Positions 62,171-64,000 of a stretch of 64,000 nucleotides of DNA are shown here, one piece after another; positions within the stretch are counted from its first letter, which is position 1, and the number at the start of each line of letters is the position of its first letter. This DNA is from Lytechinus pictus. Taxonomy: Eukaryota. The notes under the pieces were generated by a model. That model had not been told where the DNA came from and did not search any database. It saw nothing but the letters and a program-made list of their open reading frames with translations. The position numbers and the translations under genes were made by a program. Where the stretch lies: NCBI RefSeq assembly GCF_037042905.1, contig NC_087255.1, positions 31,992,001 through 32,056,000 on the forward strand, written 5' to 3'.

Positions 62171-64000
62171 GGGTAGAATAAGACCCCTGTTACACATACG
62201 TTTGCAAGTGGACTGAGGCCGGCCCCGGAGGCGGCTCGACGTATGTGTAACATCAACTTTTTTTGAAAAGCCGGACTGAGGCCGGACTGAGGCCAGGTGG
62301 ACTCAGTCCACCTCTGGATGTGGTTTGAGGCCGGCCCGAGTCCGGACTCAGTCCCGCAATCGGTAGGTGTAACACCAAAGTGGACTCGGCGCCGGCTTAT
62401 AAGCGGAAGTGACGCGACCTGTCATCATCAACAATGCATCGGCCGGGCGCGCTTTTGCCATTTGGACCAGGCATGCAGTATATATTATAGGTAAGCCTCG
62501 CCCCGAGCGTAAAATTACATTGTTTTTCATCATTTATTGCTTTAAATTTTAATTTCCTCATATCCAGCAGCCTGCACTAAGACACGACATATTCTGTACT
62601 GGTGGGCTAAAAGTTTAAACCGTTTATTCCTGGTATTTTCTCCGAACAGAACTGATGAGTGATGGTGACTTGTAATTCAGTCCCATCCCTATATTTCTGT
62701 GGGTTTGGGAATTATGATTTTCGATCGTCTGATCATTTCCTGTTTATTTCGATGTTTTTAAATACATCGCTACTGTGATTGCACCATCTGAAGAATGATC
62801 ATTATTTTTTTGTTGGCGATGATAATTTATCAATACTAATAGACAGACTAAAAACAATAGCCTGGACAGGAGTGCCATACATCATGAGCCGTCATAATTT
62901 TTCTCATATGATTATGAAATTATGACTCATCATCATCAGACTCGGAGTCAGACTGTCAGAGTTAATACATCATCTTATGCCTCAAACAAAGTCATCATGA
63001 TCATGAGGCATGAACTTGATGAAGTATTTAACTTTGATTTTGAAGGCATGGCCAGGGGCAGGCCAGGCCATGAGACATGAAACTAGACAATTGCCATTAA
63101 TTATTTCAAATGCCAATAATCCACTCAGTCGGAGTCGCACATAGTCAGAAATTGGACATGAAATATGTCGCTAGACATTGAAACAAATGAGTAGGGTCTA
63201 GATCTACATATAAAATAGTGTCTGCCTGTAAAATCCCCACAAAAAAGAAGTAGACTAAAATAAGTAGATTCTAGCGGTGAGTGCATAAAACAATGTTAAT
63301 ACAGATTACAGTACAATAATATACACAACTCTAACTTCGAAGTCCTATCCCTAACCAACCAAAGTCATCAGGAGGCCGCGTACTCTAGGATGGACGCCGG
63401 GGTCTGCGAACCCTAACCCTAGCTGTAACAGACTCTGCGTACCTTACTATTATAGTATTAACTGTCTCTATAATTAACACTCTAGGCCTACCATCTCTAA
63501 ATGATCATTAAACCGTCTCTAAAATTATCACTAGAAGCAAATTGTATTAAAAATTGTATACATTAACAGATTAACACGTGATATGATAACAAAAGAAACT
63601 TGTAAATAAAGTATGAATAAGTTCTTCTTCCACCGGTATTCAGAGATCAGCGGCTGGCCACGTGTTAGTTGCCGAGCTGTAGGAGTTTATCTTGATGGAC
63701 TTGATAGATTTTTAGAATATTATTTCCCATATTTTGTATACTATATGGATTTCTAGATAGTTATTTTAGAAAGTGATTTCCCATATTTTGTATACTTTAT
63801 TTATATTAGTTATGTCATTCTAAGTCATACCCATATTTTTCAATTGTTTTATTCAATTTTAGTGATGGGTACATATGGAACTTTAGCGGAATAATTTGTC
63901 CATCGATCATCAAATGTTACATAGCAGGGGGAGAAGGGCCTTCATATATCTAGGTGGTCGATCAATCTGAATCATTAAATTTGAATTTTTGATGATATTC

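Noticed and set aside
63409-63421. Telomeric (CCCTAA)n
   Set aside because: Only two units; too short to mean anything

Overview
AT-rich, intron-rich, repeat-dense animal DNA. The repeat style suggests a marine invertebrate deuterostome such as a sea urchin, but that is inference only. Two convergent spliced genes can be rebuilt by hand with consistent GT-AG sites and phases. (1) On +, the last six coding exons (6305-14036) of a type I membrane protein; its ectodomain, TM segment and tail resemble collectrin (CLTRN/TMEM27) and the collectrin-like domain of ACE2. The start exon was not found. (2) On -, a complete 19-coding-exon gene (ATG 49313, TAA 17312, about 1096 aa) for a secreted protein: signal peptide, 17 TIL (trypsin-inhibitor-like) domains and an 8-Cys C-terminal module. 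Nine TIL exons are near-identical tandem copies, two exon relics are dead, and two TIL domains have lost specific cysteines. Its 17-kb penultimate intron holds a three-tier transposon nest: a 4-bp-TSD element (18874-33050), inside it a foldback palindrome with a 6-bp TSD (19490-31314), and inside that a 9-bp-TSD insertion in one arm plus a TSD-less 7.3-kb A-X-B-A-Y-B element (23737-31021) in the other. The rest is MITEs, tRNA-derived SINEs and minisatellites. No transposase or reverse transcriptase ORF was recognised.
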